This document shows, in pieces, positions 56,316 through 64,000 of a DNA stretch of 64,000 nt. The position numbers and the translations under genes are program-made. Position 1 is the stretch's first letter. Each line of letters begins with the position of its first letter. The notes beneath the pieces are model-generated. The model was given only the letters and a program-made list of their open reading frames with translations, searched no databases and was not told where the DNA came from. Source of the stretch: a virus; IMG/VR virus record IMGVR_UViG_3300002835_000155, positions 3,862 through 67,861 of that record; one strand, 5' to 3'.

Positions 56316-56852
56316 ATGACATTATCGGAATTGAACCTGGCGATCGTTAAGTGGGCAGACGATCGGATGATCCTGACGCACAGCTCGGCCTACGCTCAGG
56401 CATTTAAGACGGCCGAGGAGGTGAAGGAGCTGGTCGAAGCGTTAACTTGTAGAAAGTTCTATGTTCACGGAAACGGGTTCCACCGCGACGGGTTAGACGA
56501 AATCAGGGACGCCATCGGGGACATATACGTCACCTTGATCGTTGGAGCTACCTGCTACGACGAGGAGTACTGTGACACGGTGACACCAGAGGCAAGGAGG
56601 TCCTCAGTGGCACCATCATCGGTGCCGGACCCGGTTGATCGGTTGCAGAAGGCTCTGATCCCACTTGGGGCCGCGTGTAAAGGTCAAGGCTCGTACTGGA
56701 TGACCTGGCTGCTTATGGTGGCGTACATTTCTCAGATTGCGGAAGAAGCTGGTACAACTCTTGTGGACTGCGTCAAGCAGGCTTATGATCAGATCAAGGA
56801 CCGGAAGGGGTACCTGACGGCAGAGGGCATCTTTGTGAAGGAGGAAGTGTGA
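56316..56852 (+). CDS. MazG-like NTP pyrophosphohydrolase
   Basis: WADDR, K..EE..EL, DAIGDIYVTL, AYDQIKDRKG...GIFVKE. Confidence 0.88.
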   Translation: MTLSELNLAIVKWADDRMILTHSSAYAQAFKTAEEVKELVEALTCRKFYVHGNGFHRDGLDEIRDAIGDIYVTLIVGATCYDEEYCDTVTPEARRSSVAPSSVPDPVDRLQKALIPLGAACKGQGSYWMTWLLMVAYISQIAEEAGTTLVDCVKQAYDQIKDRKGYLTAEGIFVKEEV

Positions 56853-57529
56853 TGAAGGCTAAGTTTATCGGTACAAGTCGTGATATGACATCTGGTAAGA
56901 TTTACGAGGTCGACCAGCAACCGTCTGGGTTCTTCTGGGTAGCCGATGATGAGGGGGAGTGGGACAGCTTACCCGGTCGTTGGTTCGAGGTCATACCAGA
57001 CGAACCGTCAGCAGAACCGGCTGCTACTACAAACGTAGTAATTGACGGACCGGGTGAGTATGTCACGCAGTCTCAGTGGGACCCTGCCAAGGCTCCAGCT
57101 CCACACGGGGCTGAAACCAAGCCCTCCAACCCCAAAGACGTTATTGGTTCAACCAAGCCCCCGTTGAGCTGTATCCCCACCGGGCCGCTCTACGAGGTCG
57201 GTGCCGCCATGCTGGATGGCTCAGCCAAGTACGGCCGTCATAACTGGCGAGTCATCGGTGTGCGGTCCAGCGTCTACTACGATGCTGCTCTGCGTCACCT
57301 GATGAAATGGTGGGAGGGTGAGGAGCTTGACGCAGACAGCGGCTGTCACCACTTGGCTCACGCTGTTGCCTGCTGTCTGATCGTGCGTGACGCGGCTAAC
57401 CTGGGTCAGTTGACGGACGATAGGCCGGTGCCGGGGGGCGATCCTACCGCTGGTGTGAAAGAGCTGATCAAGCAGATCAAGGAACGGTACCCCGAGCCGG
57501 TACCGCCGTTTCTGGCTTCCCAGAAGTAG
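56852..57529 (+). CDS. dATP/dGTP diphosphohydrolase-domain (DUF5664-like) protein
   Basis: NPKD..G..K, G.AKYG.HNWR, YYDAALRHL..W..GE..D.DSG..HLAHA. Confidence 0.88.
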   Translation: MKAKFIGTSRDMTSGKIYEVDQQPSGFFWVADDEGEWDSLPGRWFEVIPDEPSAEPAATTNVVIDGPGEYVTQSQWDPAKAPAPHGAETKPSNPKDVIGSTKPPLSCIPTGPLYEVGAAMLDGSAKYGRHNWRVIGVRSSVYYDAALRHLMKWWEGEELDADSGCHHLAHAVACCLIVRDAANLGQLTDDRPVPGGDPTAGVKELIKQIKERYPEPVPPFLASQK

Positions 57530-57544
57530 GAAACAGATTGTGTC

Positions 57545-57572
57545 GGGGCCATCTTTTCGATAGGATGGCCCC
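57545..57572 (+). other. Intergenic hairpin
   Basis: GGGGCCATC...GATGGCCCC; argues for a next-gene start near 57604. Confidence 0.55.
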
Positions 57573-57603
57573 GGTTTATCAGCCAATCCTTGCGGAGCCA
57601 CGT

Positions 57604-59454
57604 ATGTTCACGTTGGAGAAGGGCGTCAGCCCTAACGTCGTCAGTGTGTACCTTGACTGCAAAAAGAAGAGAGAGCACTGGTTCTTGTTGAGTGGTGACC
57701 GGCACCACGATAATCCACATTGTAATCAGGAGCTTGAGAAGAAGCATCTCGACGAAGCCCTTGAAAGAGAAGCTGGTATCATTGATATAGGTGACCTGTT
57801 CTGTGCGATGCAGGGTAAGTACGACAAAAGGTCGAACAAGTCAGATATCAGACCTGAGCACCAGAACGGTGAGTACCTTGACTCACTGGTCACAACGGCC
57901 GCAAAGTTCTACGAGCCGTACGCGAAAAACATTATTGCTCTGGGCTACGGCAACCACGAATGTGTTGATGCTGACACGGAAGTTCTGACAAGACGTGGAT
58001 GGGTGGCAATACCTGAAGTCACGTTGTCAGACGTAGTCGCGTCGTTGCACCCACACAATGGTGTTGTGACTTGGGCAAAACCTGTCAAACTGCATGTGTA
58101 TCCACATCAAGGCAGCATGGTTAAGGTGGAAGGTAGGGGCAGTAACATGTTCCTCACTGAAAACCACAGAGTTGCGTACCGGGCACAGGGGTCAAACGAA
58201 CTTCGATACCGGTACGCCAAGGATATTTTCAGGTCTGCGGGAACTTGTGCCGCGATCCCCGTTTCAGGGGAATCCGGAAATGCTGAGTACGACCTGTCAG
58301 ACGATCAGCTATCCCTGGCTGCGTGGGTGCTATCAGACGGCTCAATTCCGAAGACGGAAGGGAGTAACTCTACATACATCTACCAGTCAAAGCCTGAAGG
58401 TATCCTAAAGATACGCGGGCTTCTGGATAGCCTTGGATTGGAGTACGTGGAACAGGTGCGGTCTGACCGGCCACTTCCCGCTGGGATTAAAACTATGCGG
58501 AACCAACACGTCTTTGTCGTAAAGACAAGGCTGCACTACCTGGTGGGGGTTGGTAAGAAAAGAGTGTTGCCTACCTGGGTATCGTTACTCAGTGACAGAC
58601 AGTTCAACGTATTCCTTCAGTCGTACATAGATGGTGACGGTACTCGCCGGAAGGCTCCGAACCAAACGGCCACTGCTATCTACGGAACTAAAGCGATGCT
58701 GGACTCCCTCAACGCCGAGTGTGTCACACATGGTATTCGGTCTTCCGTTATCTGGAGGAACGTGTCTACCGGTAAAGGTCACTACGTGTTGAACGTGGCT
58801 TGGCGTGGTAGCATCAGGATCAAGGCGTGTAACGCTGAAACAGTCCCCTTCGTCGGGAACGTGTACTGTCTTACAACCCATAGCGGGAATTTCTTCATGC
58901 GAAGAAAAGGTCTCGTGTGTGTTACGGGCAACTGTTCAATTCTCGGCAGGCACGAGACAAACTTAACAGAACGTCTCGCTCAAGCTCTCAGGACGAAGAC
59001 TGGAGCCTTGGTTCCGGTGACCGGCTATACCGGCTGGGTCAGGTTTAACCTTGATGGGGGTGGGGGGCGTAGAAGTTCTCGGACCCTTTGGCACATGCAC
59101 GGTTACGGTGGGGGTGGTCCGGTCACTCAGGACACCATACAGGCTCAGCGACAGAACGCCTACGTTGATGGGGCTGATATCATGTTGAGCGGCCACGTCC
59201 ATCAGAGGTGGCTGCAGGAGAACATGAAGGTGTACCTCGATACGTTCGGGGAGGTTAAGCACAGAAGTTCATGGTATGTCAAAGCAGCAACGTACAAAGA
59301 GGAGTACGGCTCCGGTGCCGGTGGTTGGCACGTCGGGACCGGCAAACCTCCTAAACCACTAGGGGCTTGGTGGCTAAAGCTCACACTTGATCGGTTCAGG
59401 TCTAAAGGTAAGGGTCACCTTATGACACACATTGAGATTACACCAACGAATTGA
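57604..59454 (+). CDS. Calcineurin-like metallophosphoesterase (intein-containing)
   Basis: GDRH, IGD, GNHE, HG, GHVH motifs; GGAG RBS before ATG 57604. Confidence 0.9.
   Translation: MFTLEKGVSPNVVSVYLDCKKKREHWFLLSGDRHHDNPHCNQELEKKHLDEALEREAGIIDIGDLFCAMQGKYDKRSNKSDIRPEHQNGEYLDSLVTTAAKFYEPYAKNIIALGYGNHECVDADTEVLTRRGWVAIPEVTLSDVVASLHPHNGVVTWAKPVKLHVYPHQGSMVKVEGRGSNMFLTENHRVAYRAQGSNELRYRYAKDIFRSAGTCAAIPVSGESGNAEYDLSDDQLSLAAWVLSDGSIPKTEGSNSTYIYQSKPEGILKIRGLLDSLGLEYVEQVRSDRPLPAGIKTMRNQHVFVVKTRLHYLVGVGKKRVLPTWVSLLSDRQFNVFLQSYIDGDGTRRKAPNQTATAIYGTKAMLDSLNAECVTHGIRSSVIWRNVSTGKGHYVLNVAWRGSIRIKACNAETVPFVGNVYCLTTHSGNFFMRRKGLVCVTGNCSILGRHETNLTERLAQALRTKTGALVPVTGYTGWVRFNLDGGGGRRSSRTLWHMHGYGGGGPVTQDTIQAQRQNAYVDGADIMLSGHVHQRWLQENMKVYLDTFGEVKHRSSWYVKAATYKEEYGSGAGGWHVGTGKPPKPLGAWWLKLTLDRFRSKGKGHLMTHIEITPTN
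57961..58932 (+). mobile_element. Intein with LAGLIDADG endonuclease (324 aa)
   Basis: GNHE|CVDADTEVLTRRGW, TENHR, LAAWVLSDGS, FLQSYIDGDG, VYC...TGN|C. Confidence 0.93.
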
Positions 59455-59462
59455 GGCGTAGT

Positions 59463-59648
59463 ATGAATGCTGACCAAAAGTTTTGGTTGACGTTATGGTT
59501 GATTTTCGGGACCACGATTGTATCGGTCGCAGCTATCTGTACTCGGTACTACACCGAGCAGTACAAGCTGATGATCCAGTCCGGGTACGAAGAGGGTACT
59601 CTGCCGGGCAAGGTAGGTACGTACTGGGTGAAGGGAGATACAAAATGA
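59463..59648 (+). CDS. Single-TM protein
   Basis: FWLTLWLIFGTTIVSVAAIC; GAGG RBS. Confidence 0.65.
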   Translation: MNADQKFWLTLWLIFGTTIVSVAAICTRYYTEQYKLMIQSGYEEGTLPGKVGTYWVKGDTK

Positions 59649-59923
59649 TACCACGCACAGTCAACATCCTTGGCAGAGAGTACCTCGTCCGGCGTAAACG
59701 GATGAAGGAGTCGGGGTTGTGTGACTTCGGTGTTGGTATCATCTACCTGAAGTCCGGGTTACGTGGTAAAGACGCCCACGATACTCTCCTGCATGAGATT
59801 ATCCACGGCGTCCTTCACGAGTCCGGTATCCATTTCAACTGGTCAGAAGAATTTACAGAATCGGTTGTCCGTGCGTTGGAGCATGGACTGGGCAGGGTTG
59901 GGTATAAACTTGGAGGTGAGTGA
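59645..59923 (+). CDS. Small HExxH metallopeptidase-like protein
   Basis: IP..VNILG..Y, G.C, TLLHEIIHG. Confidence 0.8.
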   Translation: MIPRTVNILGREYLVRRKRMKESGLCDFGVGIIYLKSGLRGKDAHDTLLHEIIHGVLHESGIHFNWSEEFTESVVRALEHGLGRVGYKLGGE

Positions 59924-60086
59924 TGGTTCATTTGATGTACTGGAGTGAGTTCCGGCTGGCGGGACTGCGATGGTCCACATATGTTGACGTCTGCCGAGGA
60001 CAGACGCCTAACTGGTGGAGGTACGGTGGACCCCGGTCCAACCTCATGAGATTCCCGGACCAGTTGGTTTTCCAGTCATGAGAATT

Positions 60087-60118
60087 TGCCCGGCGTATCT
60101 TGCCGGGCATTTTCGTTT
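60087..60118 (+). terminator. Rho-independent terminator
   Basis: TGCCCGGC-N7-GCCGGGCA-TTTTCGTTT. Confidence 0.65.
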
Positions 60119-60145
60119 CAGCAATACTGTCCACAGGAGGGTTTT

Positions 60146-60706
60146 ATGACAACGATCTATTGTGACCTCGATGGGGTCATTGCCAACTTTGTTGATGGTG
60201 CGATTGAGGCGGCTGCTCTGCCGCTTACCCACGACGAGGTTGACCGGTGGAACTTCTTCGAGTCGTACATGTCGCAGGAGCACTTCTGGGCCTGCATACA
60301 CGCCCATACTTACTTCTGGGAGGATCTGCCGGTCTATCCGTGGGCACACGAGCTTGTAGAGGCTCTCCGGAGCTTTGGCGACGTGGTCTTCTGCTCGGAC
60401 CCGTCGCATGACGATGAGGCGGCTAGTGGTAAGATCAAGTGGTTGAAACGGCATGGATTCATCGGCCGGTGCAGCCAGTCTTTCGTTCTTACGGCCGAGA
60501 AGTGGCGACTGTCCATGCAGGACACTGTTCTGGTTGATGACAGCAACATCAACTGTCAGAACTTTGCCATGCGTATGGGAGCTGCGGGAGAAGCGATTGT
60601 GTTCCCGCAGCGGTGGAACGCCATGTTAGGCCACGCCACGGTTGACCCTGTCGCTGTGGTCGTAGGCCGGTTGAAGTCTATTCAAGGGTTAGGAGGTGCG
60701 TTGTGA
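60146..60706 (+). CDS. HAD-family 5'(3')-deoxyribonucleotidase (NT5C-like)
   Basis: IYCDLDGVIANF, FWEDLP, GK.KWL, LVDD; AGGAGG RBS. Confidence 0.88.
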   Translation: MTTIYCDLDGVIANFVDGAIEAAALPLTHDEVDRWNFFESYMSQEHFWACIHAHTYFWEDLPVYPWAHELVEALRSFGDVVFCSDPSHDDEAASGKIKWLKRHGFIGRCSQSFVLTAEKWRLSMQDTVLVDDSNINCQNFAMRMGAAGEAIVFPQRWNAMLGHATVDPVAVVVGRLKSIQGLGGAL

Positions 60707-60909
60707 CGAGTGAAGAGGATCATCTTGGTACGCCAAGCTGGGCTACCACGTTTGATAAGATACGACGTGAGGAGATTGCTCTGAAGGTGTTGACGGCGGT
60801 GATCGCGTCACCTCCTGTCTGCGACCGATCTGAGGTGGATAAGTCGAAGTGGTGCCGTATCGCGTTCGACTGGGCAGATGAGTTTATCAAGGTCGCTAAG
60901 CAGTCATGA
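60703..60909 (+). CDS. Hypothetical phage protein
   Basis: RREEIA...AFDWADEFI motif; AGGAGG RBS. Confidence 0.7.
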   Translation: MTSEEDHLGTPSWATTFDKIRREEIALKVLTAVIASPPVCDRSEVDKSKWCRIAFDWADEFIKVAKQS

Positions 60910-61400
60910 CTTTCTTCGAACGGTACGGTGCCGAGGTTATCCTCCAGACTGTCAGGGACTACTTGACCAGTAACCCTGGCCGGGCTAAGCAGGCCCGGTC
61001 AGTTGGAATTGATAATGTTGTCCAGGAGACGATGGTTAACCTCCTGCGGTACCCACCGAAGAAGGATGTCCTGCTGCTCAATGGGTGTTACTGGACGGCC
61101 AGCTACACGCTGAAGAGGATGCTCACCAAACGCAGGCCGGTTAGTCCGGCCGGGCTGTTCTATAACTTGCCCGATACTGGGGAGGAAGACCTTGAGGAGC
61201 TGTGGGACGTTGTCCGGGCTAACCTTAAACCCAAGCACGCTGACGCGGTCTACAGGTACTTCCACGGCGAAAGCCAGATCGGGATTGGTAAGACCTCAGG
61301 GGTTCACCAATCGGTTATTCATATGAGGATTAGACACGGGTTACGGATATTACGTCACGGGCATCACCGTGACATTACCAGAGTCCTGACAGGAGAGTGA
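60906..61400 (+). CDS. ECF/sigma70-like factor (divergent)
   Basis: DNVVQET region 2-like; L.PKHADAV..YF.GES...IG...GV..S.I..RI..GL.ILR region 4. Confidence 0.7.
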   Translation: MTFFERYGAEVILQTVRDYLTSNPGRAKQARSVGIDNVVQETMVNLLRYPPKKDVLLLNGCYWTASYTLKRMLTKRRPVSPAGLFYNLPDTGEEDLEELWDVVRANLKPKHADAVYRYFHGESQIGIGKTSGVHQSVIHMRIRHGLRILRHGHHRDITRVLTGE

Positions 61401-61439
61401 CAACAAGTAAACACTTCTTTACATGTACCTGCATTAAGT

Positions 61440-61468
61440 AAAGCTGGCCTCAACGGGCCAGCTTTTTT
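61440..61468. terminator. Bidirectional terminator
   Basis: AAAGCTGGCC-TCAACG-GGCCAGCTTTTTT between convergent genes. Confidence 0.7.
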
Positions 61469-61773
61469 CGTTTGAGCTTCACGAAGAGTCTCTCGACTGC
61501 AGACCTCTTCCGCTTACGGCCTGACGGTGTCACCTCGATCTTATGATGGCAACCGCTGCAGATGGGCTCCAGATACGTCAGGATGATCCCTTTGAGGGTT
61601 AGACGGTCATACGACCGATGATGGACCTGAGTGGCTCTACGATCACACAGGGCACACGTATGGCCCTTCTGCTTGAATACCTTCCCTCTGATCCATTTCC
61701 ACAACGCAGACCTCAGGTAAGCCTTGTAGGAAGTAAAGCCGAGGTAGTAGAGGGTCTTTGCTCTTGGCGTCAC
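61450..61773 (-). CDS. HNH endonuclease
   Basis: YLRS..WK..R, CALC, VHHRSY, CSGCH. Confidence 0.88.
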   Translation of the reverse strand: MTPRAKTLYYLGFTSYKAYLRSALWKWIRGKVFKQKGHTCALCDRRATQVHHRSYDRLTLKGIILTYLEPICSGCHHKIEVTPSGRKRKRSAVERLFVKLKRKKLAR

Positions 61774-61808
61774 GTCTGGTCTCCTCAGGTATGGGATGAG
61801 CCAACGTC

Positions 61809-61837
61809 ATCATCGTCAGCTCGGTCGGGCCTGTCAA
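61809..61837 (-). promoter_or_regulatory. Possible promoter for the HNH gene
   Basis: TTGACA-17 nt-GATGAT. Confidence 0.45.
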
Positions 61838-61857
61838 TGCCCGGCCAATCTGGTGGG

Positions 61858-62039
61858 ACCGGTATGCAAAACCTTTACCAAGGGTCACTTGTATGGATTT
61901 GGAAAAACGTGAAAAAGGTAGTTGGACCTTTAGACGAGGCAATGCCCGGTGAAGCTGGTGAAAGGAGCCGTACCGGTATGCAGAATTGTTACCAAGGGTC
62001 ACTTGTATGGATTTGGAAAAACGTGAAAAAGGTAGTTGG
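61858..62039. repeat. Tandem 68-bp direct repeat (period 114)
   Basis: ACCGGTATGCA.....TTACCAAGGGTCACTTGTATGGATTTGGAAAAACGTGAAAAAGGTAGTTGG at 61858-61925 and 61972-62039. Confidence 0.9.
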
Positions 62040-62430
62040 TGTACCAAATAGCCTAGAGGACCCATGGAGGACCAGATATCCCCGGTCAAGTTCTGAGCGT
62101 AACTTCCCTGGCATTGCCCTGGATGTCAGGAAAGTGCAGAAAACACAGGGAAAACGGGGAATTGTGGGAAGTGGCTTGGCGGTTTACCATCCAGAAGTAC
62201 GAAATATAGTTCGTGAATCGCAGTTCGTGAATCACAAGTCACGTAACGTACTTCATACTTCAGCCCTCGTTCCGCTGCTTGTCCTGGTCCATTGTTTGCG
62301 AACCGGTCCCACGTTGCGAGCCGGTTGCGTCCTGTCCTGTGTTGCGTGACCGGGTCCCACACTTACCGGTACAATCGGCCTCACGTTTCACTCGCCAAGC
62401 TGGCCAATCTGGCCATTACTGTCTGTCAAT

Positions 62431-62468
62431 GAAAACAGGGCATCACCAGATTTCTCCGGTGATGCCCT
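62431..62468 (-). terminator. Terminator
   Basis: AGGGCATCACC...GGTGATGCCCT followed by GTTTTC on the - strand. Confidence 0.6.
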
Positions 62469-62493
62469 GCGATGGTGTTTAACCGTGTTCTGT

Positions 62494-63024
62494 TTACTTC
62501 TTGGCTTTGGCTTTCTTGCCCCGATTCCAATCGGCTACGGTTCCGGCGTCAATCAGTTCACGACGTTTCGTGGCGTAGGCTGCAAGGCCCTCATTGCTCG
62601 CAAAGGCTGTCGCCTGTTTCAGTACGGCGGTCCCTTCCGGAGTCTGGAGCAAGTTGTGAATCGTGTTGCAGACACTCTGCGGGATGTTCTGCAGCGTTTC
62701 CTTCTTCCTGGCAATCCAGACGTATCCCGGGAAAAATGTCCCGTTCCCGTCTTGATCCGTTCCCACCTTAGCGGGTTCCGCCGCGATGCCGTTTTCGGCC
62801 GCTACCGTGTAGCCGGTTGGCCGTCCGTTCGAGCCAAGTTTGGTTACTTTGAGACCGCACCAATCCTGAATCCCTGCCGCTTCCTCTGCAGTCTTCCTGG
62901 CCGCTTCTTGAGCAACGGCCAATTCCGCCTGGATCTTTGCAATCTGTCCTGCCGCTACCTGAGCAGCAAGATCAGCGGGGACCCCACCGGCCACAAGCGA
63001 ATCGCGAAGTTCTTCGAATGTCAT
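62494..63024 (-). CDS. Hypothetical Ala/Lys-rich protein
   Basis: AAAGG RBS; own promoter-like element and terminator; basic tail. Confidence 0.75.
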   Translation of the reverse strand: MTFEELRDSLVAGGVPADLAAQVAAGQIAKIQAELAVAQEAARKTAEEAAGIQDWCGLKVTKLGSNGRPTGYTVAAENGIAAEPAKVGTDQDGNGTFFPGYVWIARKKETLQNIPQSVCNTIHNLLQTPEGTAVLKQATAFASNEGLAAYATKRRELIDAGTVADWNRGKKAKAKK

Positions 63025-63084
63025 TGGATTACCTTTTCTTTCTTTGTCGTGTTTACCCCGGGTCCCACAATGGGACCCGGGAAG

Positions 63085-63115
63085 CTACCATTCTTCACCG
63101 TCGGCTACTGTTCTT
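63085..63115 (-). promoter_or_regulatory. Repeated promoter-like element, copy 1
   Basis: AAGAACAGT-N10-GAAGAATGGTAG on the - strand. Confidence 0.65.
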
Positions 63116-63869
63116 ACCATTTGAAGCAGTAGAGGCTTTCAGGATTTTTTGCGTCCCGTTTGGCAGTCAATGCAGCGATAAACCTTCCTTGTTCGATCTT
63201 CAGTTCTGCTTCTCGTTTCTCAAGCCTGGATTCTTCGGAAGCCTTCCTTTGTGCATCCAATGCGTCAACGGCGTCTTCCCGTTGCTGCTGTGTCAATGGT
63301 TCACCCCGAGCGGTTTCAATGTTCTCACCAATCCACTCTGCTACTGCCTTTGCGATATATCGGGCAGGGTTCGTGATGCGGTTACCGTTCGCTTCCTGTT
63401 TTACAGATTGTCGCCAGTACTTAACGGCCATGTCCTGACGCAAGTCATCCTTATCGTGGGGCTGAAGTTCTGCCACCATATCTTTGCATGGTTGCTGATT
63501 CATTAGCCACCAAATCAGATACGGGCGGTCCGACTGCCGCGGGACCGGTCTTCCAGTGTGGTCAACAGTCGGGACCGGTTCAATTCCCTGTCCAGGCGTT
63601 TCCACGACTCCCGGGATTGCCGGTTCACCGCAGTCCAGGATTGCGTCCGGGAAGTCGATACACTTCGTTTGCCGCGGTCCTGAGATGTTCGGGACTGCTG
63701 ACAGCATTGGGTGGGGATACCTCATCCGTTTTGATGCCCGAATCACTGCCAATGTCACTCGTTCCGATTGGTTCTCAGTCCGGTATCCTAGTCTGCAGCG
63801 GACTTCATACTGTTCGCATCTCCAAGGGATTCCCTGATTATCGGATGCCATGCCAAGTGTTCCGATCAT
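63114..63869 (-). CDS. Hypothetical protein with a weak sigma region 2-like segment
   Basis: Start probably ATG 63869; DKDDLRQDMAVKYW...NPARYI; coiled-coil C-terminus. Confidence 0.6.
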   Translation of the reverse strand: MIGTLGMASDNQGIPWRCEQYEVRCRLGYRTENQSERVTLAVIRASKRMRYPHPMLSAVPNISGPRQTKCIDFPDAILDCGEPAIPGVVETPGQGIEPVPTVDHTGRPVPRQSDRPYLIWWLMNQQPCKDMVAELQPHDKDDLRQDMAVKYWRQSVKQEANGNRITNPARYIAKAVAEWIGENIETARGEPLTQQQREDAVDALDAQRKASEESRLEKREAELKIEQGRFIAALTAKRDAKNPESLYCFKW

Positions 63870-63956
63870 GTTCTGTCTTTCTTTCTGGGGTTCGGTCCGG
63901 CTCATCCGAAGTAGATGAGCCGGGATTGGTAGTATCGTCTATTGCTGACGATGACT

Positions 63957-63987
63957 CTACCATTCTTCTCCATGCTGAACTGTTCTT
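63957..63987 (-). promoter_or_regulatory. Repeated promoter-like element, copy 2
   Basis: AAGAACAGT-N10-GAAGAATGGTAG on the - strand. Confidence 0.65.
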
Positions 63988-64000
63988 TTCATTGATTCTT

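Noticed and set aside
56852-57529. Z-base (2-aminoadenine) genome
   Set aside because: No PurZ or HD-domain dATPase seen in the window.
57604-59454. Metallophosphoesterase as a Bxb1 gp47-like directionality factor
   Set aside because: Only fold-level analogy; the nucleotide-metabolism context explains it better.
61858-62039. Mini CRISPR array
   Set aside because: Only two 68-bp copies, too long and non-palindromic; no cas genes (DUF2800 is a replication-module nuclease).
61618-62349. 243-aa + strand ORF with a repeated peptide
   Set aside because: Results from translating the DNA repeat; overlaps the HNH gene antisense; no RBS.
1-64000. Stop-codon reassignment
   Set aside because: Core genes are full length and densely packed under the standard code.

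Overview
The window is most of a dsDNA tailed-phage genome; no host genes or att junction are visible. A Planctomycetota-like host is inferred from the protein families, not shown. Layout: (1) 1-6.4 kb, + strand: small early genes, many acidic or Zn-binding, separated by five conserved UGCG-capped ~50-nt hairpins, plus an atypical tRNA(GCA). (2) 6.4-13.2 kb, - strand: replication module with SNF2 helicase, VRR-NUC, family A polymerase (Leu762), HTH, DUF2815 SSB and DUF2800 exonuclease. (3) 13.2-49.6 kb, - strand: virion genes in the order scaffold, major capsid, decoration, ART-domain protein, TerS, intein-containing TerL, portal, neck/tail, Cys-rich/glyco/MTase accessory genes, two large probable ejection proteins, a papain-protease/lipoprotein cluster and LamG/fiber genes. 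(4) 49.7-55.5 kb: Xis-like HTH, a serine recombinase with two catalytic domains, C5-MTase, HNH and primase-helicase. (5) 55.8-56.3 kb: palindrome-rich control/origin region. (6) 56.3-61.4 kb, + strand: nucleotide-metabolism genes including an intein-containing metallophosphoesterase, and a sigma-like gene. (7) 61.4-64 kb: repeats and - strand genes. Top observation: an ADP-ribosyltransferase-like protein in the head module shares an ~80-aa N-terminal domain (~60% identical by hand alignment) with the 1605-aa ejection-like protein, suggesting a modular virion cargo-loading and injection tag. Other highlights are the double-domain serine recombinase, the conserved early RNA hairpins, near-complete GCGC avoidance and a possible protease-based lysis cassette. 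All family calls come from motif recognition by eye; no database searches were run.
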